Of a stretch of DNA of 64,000 nucleotides, positions 12,301-24,369 are shown piece after piece (position 1 is the stretch's first letter; each line of letters opens with the position of its first letter). The stretch is taken from the NCBI GenBank assembly GCA_038087875.1, contig CM075992.1:8372001-8436000 (forward strand). The letters are read 5' to 3'. Under the pieces are notes generated by a model. That model was not told where the DNA came from. It saw only the letters and a program-made list of their open reading frames with translations, and did not search any database. The translations under genes and the position numbers were made by a program. The DNA is from Malacoraja senta (taxonomy: Eukaryota).

Positions 12301-15300
12301 TAAATCTGCTTGTTTATCTTGCTATTACATTCTTGAATTCTGGTTTGTATAAATTGGTTGTAGCTTCCCCCACACAAATAATAATGCCTGCACTTTAATA
12401 CGAAAGCAACATAAACTGTTGCTGTGTTCTGGTCTGGATTGAGGAAGCCCATGTAAGTACAAGTTGCATGGTCTCCTCTGCACTCAGTCCAATAGTTTTC
12501 TAACTGCATTCTCATGCCATTTAATCATTGTTTATTGTGTTCATAATCATAATCATAATCATGCTCCATTAGCCAAGTATGTTTTGCACCATACGATGAA
12601 TTTGATTTGACATACAGTCATACCATTAAAAACTAAAAAGCAACAAAACACACCAAATACATTTTGACATGAACATCCACCACAGTGACTCCTCCACATT
12701 CCTCACTGTGATGGAAGGCAGAAAAAAAAGTTAATTCTCTTCCCTTCTTTGATCTCCCGCGGTCGGGGGCCTCGAGCCTTACGTTGATGGGACGATCTTG
12801 GCTCCCGTAGCCGGCGGTCGGTGGTCGTTGCTATGGAGACTGCCGTTGTGTGGCGCCCCCTGGTGGCACACTCAGGACAATAGTCAGTATGCCACTTTAT
12901 AATCATAGAGTCATACTGAACGGAAACAGGCCCTTCGGCCCATGCCGGCCAAGATGCACCATCTAAGCTAGTCCCATTGGCCCGCATTTTCGCCATAAAC
13001 CTTTGCAATTCATGTACCTGTCCAAGTGTTTTCTAAATGCTTTTAGAGATACAGTGCGGAAACAGGTCCTTCGGCCCACCGAGTCCGCGCCGACCAGGGA
13101 TCCCTGCACATTAACACTATCCTACACCCTCTAGGGACAATTTACACATACACCAAGCCAATTAACCGACATACCTGTATGTCTTTGGAGTGTGGGAGGA
13201 AACCCATGCGGTCACGGGGAGAACGTACAAACTCCGTACAGACAGCACCTGTAGGCGGGATCGAACCCAGGTCACCGGCGCTGCAAGCGCTTTAAGGCAG
13301 CAACTCTACCGCTGCGCCACTGTGCCAACCCTTTGATTGCTGGTACAATACCTGCCCCAAATATCTCCTCTAATAGCTCCTTCCATATATCTACCACCCT
13401 CTCAGTAAAAAACCTGTCCCTTAGCTTCCGAATAAATCTTTCCCCTCTCACCTTAAACCTACTGTATGTCCTACGGTTCTTGATCCCTCTACACTGACTA
13501 AAAGACTGTGCGTGTATTCCTATCTATGAAATCATGAGAAGAATAGACTGCCAACTGTGTAAATATAACCAATCAGTTCCAATGATTCACCAGCGTTCTG
13601 ATATCCTAATTCCTCTCAGGATGCTGCGTGTCCCGCTGAGTTTCTCCAGCATTTTGTGTCTACCTTCGATTTAATCCAGCATCTGCAGTTCTTTCTTACA
13701 CCTCTCTTGATCTTATACACTTCTATAAATTCACCCCTCCTGCACGCCAAGGAATAAGATCCTAGCCTGCCCAATTTCTCCCTAAATCTCAGACCTCAGG
13801 TCCCAGTAATACCTCGTAAATTTTCTCTGCACCTGCGGGCGGAGCACCAAGGCAAATTCCTTGTATGTGAATACTTGGCCAATAAACTTATTCATTCATT
13901 CATCTTAACCACATCTTTCCTCTAGCAGGGCGATCAAAACTGAATGAAAAAGGGTTATATTAATAAGGATATAGGAACTCACTGGTTAAACTAATCGAAG
14001 GTTAGACATAGTGTATAGGAAGGAACTGTAGATGCTGGTTTACACCAAAGATAGACACAAAATGCTGGAGTAACTCAGCGGGCAGGCAGCATCTCTGGAG
14101 AGAAGGAATGGGTGACGTTTCGGGTCGAGATCCATCTGAAGACTGCTGTCTGAAGGAGGGTCTCTACCCGAAACGTCACCCATTCCTTCTCTCCAGAGAT
14201 GCGGCTTGTCCCGCTGAGTTACTACAGCAATTTGTGTTGATCTTGGGGGTTGGACATGTGCCAGGGCAGCAGAGACAATGTGCCACTCCTCAGTAAGGTG
14301 GCTAAACCTCGTGGAAGGGGTAGAGTGTGATCTCGGGGCGATAGCTCAGCCACAGGACCATAATTTGGGCTGTGAATTCATCCTGAGTTGGATCATGCAC
14401 ACAGAGTGAAAGATTGATTCATGAAGATAGACATAAAATGCTGGAGTAACTCAGCGGGACAGGCAGCATCTCTGGAGAGAAGGAATGGGTGACGTTTCGG
14501 GTAGAGACCCTTTAGTTTAGTTTAGTTTAGTTGAGAGATACAGAGCGGAAACAGGCCCTTTAGCCCACCGAGTCCGCACCGACCAGTGATCCCCGCACAT
14601 TAACACCCTTCACACCAGGAACAATTTTATATTCATGCCAAACCAATTAACCTACAAACCTGTACGTCTTTGGATTGTGGGAGGAAACCGATGATTTCGG
14701 AGAAAACCCACGCAGTCACGAGGAGAACGTACAAACTCCGTACAGACAAGCACCTGTAGTCAGGATCGAACCCGGGTCTCTGGCACTGTAAGGCAGCAGC
14801 TCTACCACTGCTGCCACCTTTCTTCAGATCCTTCTATCCAGAAAATGCTGCTTGACCCGTTGAGTTACTCCAGCATTTTGTGTCCATCTTTGGTGTAAAC
14901 CAGCATCTGCAGTTCCTTCCTACACATGAATTCACTAAGTCCAGCCCCCAGAGTTAAAATCTCAACAACGTTTTAAAGAGGTCAGACAAACTTTATTAGT
15001 ATTGGCTCAGTCCCCAGATGAAGCTATAATACTTGAAATATAATATGTAGTGGTCTGATCTGCTTCCTGTTTACACTGGCCTGCATCCAGCAGTGAATTA
15101 CTGATCAAAGCCTTCCAGTAATGCACATGTTCTTTCCAGCTCCCTTCCTCCTGGGCATTTTGTCCTTCACTAAATTACTCCAAATCTATAGCCACTGATC
15201 TGGGGATTAAGTTAAAAATCTGCAGATACTAAAACTACAGACTTTAAAATTGGCTTCATGGAAGGAAGCCGAGAGAGATACAGTAGAATTCATTGCCACA

Positions 15301-15594
15301 GAAGGCAGTGGAGGCCAAGCCAATGGATATTTTTAAGGCAGATAGATAGATTCTTGATTAGTACGCGTGTCAGAATTCACTGCCTCAGAAGGCGGTGGAG
15401 GTCAGTTCTCTGGATACTTTTAAGAGAGAGTTATATAGTGCTCTTAAAATTAGCGGAGTCAGGGGATATGGGGAGAAGGCAGGAACGGGGTACTGATTGG
15501 GGGATGATCAGCCATGATCAAATTGAATGGCGGTGCTGGCTCGAAGGGCCGAATGGCCTACGCCTGCACCTATTTTTTATTGTCTATTGTCTAT

Positions 15595-15980
15595 GGGCAG
15601 ATGGGGCTCGTCAGCCTGGGAAAGCAGTCCATCTAGGAGAGGGAAAACTCTGATTTAAAACCTCCAATGCCATGTAGCCATATTCAGTCATGGAAAAGGC
15701 TCCTGGAGTAAACCTCAAGAAAATCCAGAGTGGGAGCCCATAAGGCAATTCGTCGTTGTCTACAACCTCGCTCTGGCAGCTCCTGTGATGGTGCTGGTGC
15801 CAAACTGTAACGGCCCTGCTGTTCCTTTGGATCGATCAGCGACGTGGAGAGGGGGGACGTGCTGCATGGGCAACAGCCTGTCCTCCATATGACATCACCC
15901 AGGCTTGCATCTGACCACACATCACCTGCAAACCAGGATGCATCACCCATGGTCAGTCATGACCGAGGGGGGGCCTACTA
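15595..15980 (+). mobile_element. RTE-derived short non-autonomous element (second, longer copy at 22307-22738)
   Basis: Two similar copies with the RTE 5'-UTR-type motif ggcagtccatctaggagagggaaaactctga and a short ctacta tail. Confidence 0.55.
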
Positions 15981-17968
15981 CTATTGTCTATTGTCTATTG
16001 TTATGGGAGGAAGGCAGGAGAATGGGATTAGGAGAGAGAGATGGATCAGCCATGATTGAATGGCCGTGTAGACTTGATGGGCCGAATGGCCTAATTCTGC
16101 TCCTATCACTTATAGCGTGGACTAAACATTATTCCCTCTAACCTGTCTGTACACTGAGGACAGCTTGATTGTAATCGTGCATAGTCTTTCCGCTGCCTGG
16201 ATAGCACGCAACAAAAAAAGCTTTTCACTGTACCGTGGTGTACATGACACTAATTTAGAGATACAGTGTGGAAACAGGCCCTTCAGCCCATCGAGTCCAC
16301 ACGGACCAGCGATCACCCCGTACACTAGCACTATCCTACACACACTAGGGACAATTTACAATTTACAGAAGCCAATTAACCTACAAACCTGTACGTCTTT
16401 GGAGAGTGGGAGGAAACCCACGCAGGTCATGCGGAGAAGGTACAAACACTGTACAGACAGCACCCGTAGTCAGGATGGAACCTGGGTCTCTGGCGCTGTG
16501 AGGCAGCAACTCTACCGCTGCGCCACCGTGCCGCTCCAAATGACAAAAGAATATAAACATAGTTGAAGAAATGAGATGCGGGCAGGTAATGGACCTGGTC
16601 CTGACTTAGTGGGTGTGGGAAAGGTGGCACAAGTTGGCATAAGAGGGGCACGAGACATATTGGGTGATCTACTAGGGAAGACCACAGTCACAAAGTTGCA
16701 ATCGGAAAGTTATTAGAGAGTATTTGCAGGGATAGGATATACATGTAATTAGATGAACAAGGGCTGAGTAGTGATATGTTAGTTCAGTTTAGTTTAGAGG
16801 TACAGCGCGGAAACAGGCCCTTCGGCCCACCGAGTCCGCACCGACCAGCGATCCCCACACACTAACACTATCCTACTACTAGGGACAATTTTACATTTAC
16901 ACCAAGCCAATAACCTACAAACCTGCACGTCTTTGATGTGTGGGAGGAAACCGATAATCTGGGAGAAAAGCCACGCAGGTCACGGGGAGAACGTACAAAC
17001 TCCGTACAGACAACACCCATGGTCGGGATCGAACCCGGGTCTCCGGCGCCGCAGGCAGTGTAAAGCAGCAACTCTACCGCTGCACCACCGTGCCACCCAG
17101 CATGGTTTTGTACGTGGGTCTTGAAGATGTGACCAAAAAGGTCTATGAGGGCAGAGCTGTAGATGTTGTGTACATGGACTTCAGTAAGGCGTTCGACAAG
17201 GTTCCGCATGGTAGGCTGCTCCAGAATATTAGATCCTATGAGGTCCAAGGAGAGATAGCTGAATGGATAGAAAATTGGCTCCATGGAAGGAAGCAGAGAG
17301 TGATGGTGGAAGGTTACATCTCGGACTGGAGACCCGTGGCGTGCCTCGGGGTTCGGTGCTGGGCCCGTTACTGTTTGTCATTTATTTCTTGTACCTGTGC
17401 AAATGTCTTTTAAATCAAGTCAACAAAGTGATGGTGTGATTAATTTATTTGTGGTTGTGGTTTTTGAGTGAACTGCATGAGACAGAGAAGAAGTGACATA
17501 TTCTTCTTGGGATTTTCCTTGGGATTTATTAAATTAACATTGTCCAGTTGATAAGGATTGGATTAATTTGTTGCCCACAAGAGATACTCTTTCCTTAAAT
17601 CATTATGTCAATTTTTCTCTCTTCTTACATATTGTCGACTTTACTGAATTTGGCGTGGCACGGTGGTGCAGCGGTAGAGTTGCTGCCTCACAACGCCAGG
17701 GAACGGGTTAGATCCTGACTATGGGTGCTGTCTGCACAGAGTTTGTACGTTCTCCCTGTGACGGCGTGGGTTTTCTCCAGGTGCTTCAGTTTCCTCCCAT
17801 ACTCCAAAGACGTACAGGTTTGTAGGTTAATTGGTTTTGGTAAAAAATGTCCCTAGTGTGTAGGACATAGAACTAGTGGATGGGGTGATTGTTGGTCAGC
17901 GTGGACTTGGTGGGCTGAGGGGCCTGTTTCCATGCTGTATCTCTAAAGTCTAGTCTTGTCTAGTCTAA

Positions 17969-18156
17969 TGGGCCTGTCCCACTTAGTCGACTATTTAGAC
18001 TGCCATAGTTATAATGGAATTTACGTACGACACCTGGCGACAACCTACGACTGTAAAAATTGTCGCCACTGTCCCCGAAAATTTTTCAACATGTTGAAAA
18101 TTTTGCGGCAGTTGCCTGTAGTCGCCCAAAAAAGTTGCCTAAGTGGGACAGGCCCA
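17969..18156. mobile_element. Harbinger-type MITE
   Basis: Perfect 18-bp TIR tgggcctgtcccacttag / ctaagtgggacaggccca; preceded by TAA. Confidence 0.8.
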
Positions 18157-18409
18157 CAAAGCCTCTAGGTTAATTGGTTTTGGTAAAAAAAGAATTGTGT
18201 AGTCCTGGTGAACAGGGTGATCGCTGGTCAGCACGGACTCAGTGGGACTCTCTAAAATAAAATATACTAAAATCGAAATTGTGTTTGGTCTTTTATTAGA
18301 AAATTAATGGTTTCAAAGTAGTTGAGTGATTACAGTGATTGGGTTGGATAAGACTAATTATTTCCTCTGATGAGGAATCGGATATATACAGGAGCATTAA
18401 GAGCTGGGT

Positions 18410-19010
18410 ACACAAAAATGCTGGAGAAATCAGCGGGTGCAGCAGCATCTATGGAGCGAAGGAAATAGGCAACGTTTCGGGCCGAAACCCTTCTTCAGAC
18501 TGATAGGGGGTGGGGAGAAGAAAGGAAAAAGGCGGAGGAGGAGCCCGAGGGCTGGGGGAGGGGAGGAGACAACCAGAGGGCTGATGAAGGGGAGGGGACA
18601 GCAAGGGCTAGCAGAATTGGGAGAATTCAATGTTCAAGCCCCCAGGATGTAGACTGCCCAAGCGGAATATGAGATGCATTTCCTCCAATTTACGGTGTTG
18701 CTCGCTGTGGCCATGGAGGAGACCCAGGACCGAGAGGTCAGATACGGAATGGGAGGGGGAGTTGAAGTGCTGAGAAACCGGGAGGTCAAGTTGGTTATTG
18801 CGGAGGTGTTCGGCGAAACGATCGCCAAGCCTCCGCTTGGTCTCACCGATGTAGATCAGCTGGCATGTAGAGCAGCGGATGCAATAGATGAGGTTGGAGG
18901 AGATGCAGGTGAACCTCTGTTGCACCTGGAACGACTGCTTGGGTCCTTGAATGGAGTCGAGGGGGGAGGTGAAGGGACAAGTGTTGCATCTCTTGCGGTT
19001 GCTGGTTGTG
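18410..19010 (-). mobile_element. Penelope-like element: GIY-YIG endonuclease region plus 3' UTR containing a hammerhead motif
   Basis: ORF 18608-19039: RCNTC...NLIYCIRC..CQLIYIGETKRRLGDRFAEH...HFN...RKLEE..LIFRLGSLHPGGLN. Confidence 0.9.
18471..18498 (-). ncRNA. Minimal hammerhead ribozyme motif in the PLE 3' UTR
   Basis: Minus strand reads CUGAAGA-A-GGGU-UUCG-GCCC-GAA-ACGUU. Confidence 0.7.
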
Positions 19011-19018
19011 GAGCATAG

Positions 19019-19840
19019 TCCAGTGGAGGCGCTGGCCAAGCAGCTGCGGCTCGCATGCAGTTTGTTTGTTTTTCCTTTCTTTTTGTCCTGTTCAGTGTAT
19101 GTTTTTGGTTTTAGTTTTACTTTATTTTTAGCTGTGTATATCTTGGGGGAGCGTGGGGGGGAAACTTTTTAATCTCTACCCTGAACGGAGACGCGACCTT
19201 TTCCCTGTCGAGTCTCCATTGTCGTTGGGGCCTAACATCGTGGAGCCGGCGGCCTCCAACCGGAATCGACCTGGGGATCCAGTCGCAGAGCCTGCGGACT
19301 CACCATCGCGGAGCTGGCCGACTTCAGAGCGCTGTGGTGGCACGCGGCTGCGACTCGACTTCGGAGCTTCGGAGGCTTCGGCTGCAGGCCCTGTGGACGG
19401 TAACATCGGGAGCTCGCGGGTCCCTGGTGGGAGACCGCTTTTCGGAGCTCACGCAACGGCAACTTCGCCCGACCGAATCGAGTGGTTTAAATCGACCCGG
19501 AACGGGGCCTTACATCGCCCGGCGCAGCTTAAACGACCGCGGGACTTACCATCGCCCGCCGGGGGCTCTGACATCAAGATCCTCGATCAGCTCGATGCAG
19601 CAGTTTGACTGCTTGACTGCAGGAGAAGAATATAGAACAAAGAACAGAGAACAGGGAAGAGATAAAACTTTTGCCTTCCATCACAGTGAGGAGGTGTTTG
19701 GAGATTCACTGTGATGGATGTTTATGTGGAATTGTGTTAATTGTGTGTTTTGGTCTTTTTGCTGTTATGACTGCAGGAACGAAATTTTGTTCAAAAATGT
19801 GCTTGTTGACAATAAAGGGCTATTGAGTTGAATTGAATTG
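19019..19840 (+). mobile_element. GC-rich non-autonomous retroelement (relatives on - strand at about 4390-4795, 6810-7480, 7830-8675, 12545-12867, 60357-60578)
   Basis: Shared block gccttccatcacagtgaggag...gtg(a/g)tggatgttt; AATAAA plus (TTGAA)n tail; no credible ORF. Confidence 0.65.
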
Positions 19841-21414
19841 ATAGTCTTGCAAAGTCTGTGGAAATCTGGACGGCTCGCCAATTGATAAGGGGTATCAGGG
19901 CAAGTTGAGTTTACAGGTCTCTGATGGGAAGATGCTTGCTGAGGTGAGATGTCCAGGAGCATGAAGCAAAGAGCAGCGGTTGTGAAAGACGTTGGTGAGG
20001 CCACGTTAGGCTTTAGGCTTTAGAGATACAATGTGGAAACAGGTACTTCGGCCCACCGAGTCCATGCCGACCAGCGATCACCCCGTACACTAGCACTATC
20101 CTACACACCACTCATCGGAGACCATCGGACTATCTCCGATCGGACTTTATCTTGCACTAAATGTTATTTCCTTTATCATGTATCTGTACACTGTGGATGG
20201 CTAGATTGTAATGATGTATTGTCTTTCCGCTGACTGGTTAGCACGCAATAAAAGCTTTTCACTCTAGCTCGGTACATGTGTCAGAAACCAGAGGATATAG
20301 GTTAAGGTGAGAGGGGAAAGATTTAATAGGAACCTGAGGGGCAACGTTTTCACACAGAGGGTGGTGGGTGGATGGAACAAGCTGCCAGAGGCAGTAGTTG
20401 AGGCTGGGACAACAACATTTGAAAGACATTTGGACAGGTACATGGACAGGAATGGTTTAGAGGGATATGGGCCAAATGCAGGAAGGTGGGACCACTGTAG
20501 ATCTTGGTCAGCATGGGCAAGTTGGGCCGAAGGGCCTGTTTTCGTGCTCTATGACTCTCAATGCACCTCAAAGGAAGATCAAAGATAGACACAAAAAGCT
20601 GGAGAACCTCAGCGGGTCAGGCAGCATCTCCGGAGAAAAGGAATAGGTGTCATTTCGTGTCGAGACCCAAAACGTCACCTATCCATGTTCTCCAGAGATG
20701 CTGCCTGACCCGCTGAGTTACTCCAGCACTTTGTGCCTATCTTCGGTGTAAACCAGCATCTGCAGTTCCTTCCTACACATGGTGCAGAGGAACTTTGGCA
20801 AGGATTGAATAGCAAGGTTGGGTAAAGGCCGGAATGGGACCATCCCCATTCCTCGTGCTAAATCTAACAACTAGCCATTGAACTGTGTAAAACGGGAAAA
20901 AGCCCAAGCAACAATGAATACCCAACAAGGAAATGAAAATAATAACATCGGAAAGGAAGCAAGGAGTTACATAGAAAATAGACAGCATGCTGGCTGATAT
21001 ATTCCTGTACCATTGTGTATGAGACATTCATAAATCAGCGTGTCTGGAAGGTTTTCCCATGGTAAAGAGCTGGTGAAAGGACGGGAGCTGGCTTTCATTC
21101 CCATGGGAAGTCGGAATAGTGATGAAGATCCCAGTCAAAGACATGCAGACAAACAAGTCAGTCTATAATGGTCAGGCATGCAAAGATTTCTATTTCTCTT
21201 TAGACTTTAGAGATACAGCGCTGAAAAAGGCCCTTCGGCCCACCCAGCCTTTGCCGGCCAGCGATCAAACCCCACACACTAGCACAATCCTACACTTTAT
21301 AATTTTTTTTACCGAAGCAAATTAAGCTACATCCATTAGAATTTAGAATTTAGAGAAACAGTGCGGAAACAGGGCCTTTGGTCCGCTGAGCCTGCAGTGA
21401 CCAGCGATCATCCC

Positions 21415-21666
21415 GTACACTAAAACTATCCCACACACTAACACTATCCCACACACTAACACTATCCCACACACTAACACTATCCCACACACTAACACTA
21501 TCCCACACACTAACACTATCCCACACACTAACACTATCCCACACACTAACACTATCCCACACACTAACACTATCCCACACACTAACACTATCCCACACAC
21601 TAACACTATCCCACACACTAACACTATCCCACACACTAACACTATCCCACACACTAACACTATCCC
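21415..21666. repeat. 18-bp minisatellite (actatcccacacactaac) x about 13, inside a SINE
   Basis: Perfect tandem copies; produces the IVLVCG and VWDSVS repeat ORFs. Confidence 0.95.
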
Positions 21667-23831
21667 TCACACTGGGGACAATTTACAATTTTACTAAAGC
21701 CAATTAACCTACAAACCTGTACGTCTTTGGAGTGTGGGAGGAAACCGGAGCACCCGGAGAAAACCCACGTTGTCACGGGGAGAACGTACAAACCCCGTAC
21801 GGACAGCACCCATGGCTAGGGGTCGAACTCGGGTCTCTGGCGCTGTGAGGCAGCAGCTCTACCCGCTGCGCCACTGTGCCACTCTCCGCTCCTTTAACCC
21901 AGGGCCACTTAGGAAGATTGTAGTTTTTGTTCTCCAGAATAATTTTTTTATAACCCTCATAGAAATACAATCAGGATGTGAGCAAATCGGCCTCAAGGTC
22001 ATCTGAAACTAGTTTGATTTATTTAGTTGCGTTCAATTCCCCGGAAACCAGCCATGGAAAGGTTTGTACTCTTGCGTTCCGATCAATGGTCCAGAATCCA
22101 GCTGCTAATCCAGTAACTTAATCACACCATCTTGGCTCTTAATTGTATAATATGTCACCCAGCAAGAAGACATGTTTATGTGTATCATCTTTCATACAGC
22201 AAGAATGATCTAATGGGGACCCAGTTCCCGTCTAATGGAGAACGTTATCCTCAACAATAATTTATCCTTGGACAATTTCTTTTGAGTACAAGATTCTTTG
22301 TAGATTGGGCAGTGGGCAGGTGTTATAGACGTGCACGGGAAGGTAGACGCTCCCGCCCCCACGAGTCTCGGGCAGATGGGGCCCGTCAGCCTGGGAAGGC
22401 AGTCCATCTAGGAGAGGGAAAACTCTGATTTAAAACCTCCACTGCCTTGTGGCCATATCCAGTCATGGAAAAGGCTCCTGGAGTAAACCTCAAGAAAATC
22501 CGGAGTCGGAGCCCCTAAGGCAGTTCGTCGTTGTCTACAACCTCGCTCTGGCAGCTCCTGCGAAGGCGCTGGTGCCAAACTGTAACGGCCCTGCTGTTCC
22601 ATTGGATCGATCAGCGACGAGGAGAGGGGGAACGTACTGCATGGGCAACAGCCTGTCCTCCATATGACATCGCCCAGGCTTGCATCCGACCAGGATGCAT
22701 CACCCATGGTCAGTCATGACCGAGAGGGGCCTATCACTACTTTGTAGAACTGTAATGAATGGGAAAATAATGTTATCTACTAAGTGACATAAAGGGACAT
22801 AGGAAATGTGTAAGAAGGAACTGCAGATGCTGATTTAAACCGAAGATAGACACAAAGTGCTGGAGTAACTCAGCGGGATAGGCAGCATCTCTGGAGAGAA
22901 GGAATGGGTGACGTTTCGGGTCGAGACTCTTCTTCAGACTGCAGGAGCTAAGGAGACAGGATGAAGAAGTCACGGACATAAGAAGTCATGGAAGTTAGAG
23001 AATCCATGGATATCCCAAAACATATTTGGGATATAGGTTGTAGAAAGAGGCCCTTTGGCCCACTGAGTCCGCGCCGACCAGTGATCATCCCCATGCATTG
23101 GCATTGTCCTACACACTAGGGACAATTTACAATTTTACCGAAGCCAATTAACCTACAAACCTGTAGGCCTTTGGAATGTGGGAGGAAACCGGAGCACTCA
23201 AGAAAACCCACATGGTCACAGCGAGAACATATAAATTCCGTACAAACGACATCTGTACCTGGGTCGCTGGCGCTGTAAGGCAACAACTCTACCGCTGCGC
23301 CACCGTGCCATCCCAGGGTGAAGATACTCCAGCACATTATGTCCTTTTTGTGTAAACCTGCATCGGCAGTACCAAAATCTACCCAAGACTTGGGGGCCTG
23401 AGCTACAGGGAGAGGTTGGGCTGGCTAGGACTATTGCTTGGAGCGCAGGAGGATGAGGGGTGATCTTATAGAGGTGTACAAAATCACGAGAGGAATAGAT
23501 CGGGTAAATGCACAGTCTTTTGCCCAGAGTAGGGAAATCGAGGACCAGAGGACATAGGTTTAAGGCTAAGGGGCACAGATTTAATAAGAACCTGAGGGGT
23601 AACTTTTTCTTTACATAAAGGATGGTGGGTGTATGGAACAAGCTGCAAGAGGAGGTAGTTAAGGCTGGGACTATTGCAAAGTATAAGAAATATTTAGACA
23701 GGTACATGGATAGGACAGGTTTAGAGGGATATGGGTCAAATGCAGGCAGGTGGGACTAGTGTAGATGGGGCATGTTGTTCGGCGTGGGCAAGTTGGGCCG
23801 ATAGGCCTGTTTCCACACTGTATGACTCTAT

Positions 23832-24369
23832 AGGGCCTGTCCCACTTGGTGATTTTTTCGGCGACTGCTGGCATCATTGACTGACGTATCAGGTCACCGA
23901 AAAATTTGCGGCGTGACGACGTATTGACGCGCGGTGTTTTTTCAAGTGTCGCAACATTTTTTTTGTCGCCGCTCGATTTAGAAATGTTCAAAATGTTTTG
24001 GTGACACTGATATGACACCAAAAAAAATCGCCAAGTGGGACAGGCCCTTAAAGTCCTGTCCCACGGTACGAGTTCATTCCAAGAGCTCTGCCGAGTTTTA
24101 AAAAAATCAAACTCGTGGTAATCACGGTGAATGAACGTAGCGGGTACGTCAGAGCTCGGGGACGTCTTTTAGCGCTAACGGCAGGTACTCGGGAAGACTC
24201 GCTAATGGCAGGTAAGCACGGGAAGACTCGTGAAGAATTTTCAACATGTTGAAAAATGTCCAGGAGAGCCCCGAGTACCGACGAGCGGCCATTACCGTCA
24301 ATCTCCGAGTTCGAATCAGGGCAAACTCGGGAGAACTCTTGGAATGAACTCGTACCGTGGGACAGGGCT
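23832..24369. mobile_element. Two abutting Harbinger-type MITEs (23832-24048 and 24052-24369)
   Basis: TIR pairs agggcctgtcccacttgg / ccaagtgggacaggccct and ag(t/c)cctgtcccacggtacgagttcattccaagag, separated by TAA. Confidence 0.8.

Noticed and set aside
21343..21670. CRISPR-like array or repeat protein
   Set aside because: Head-to-tail 18-mers without spacers, inside a SINE, in vertebrate DNA.
22307..22500. HDV-like ribozyme at the 5' end of the RTE-derived element
   Set aside because: GGCAGT/ACTGCC pairing exists, but I could not fit P3, L3 and J4/2.
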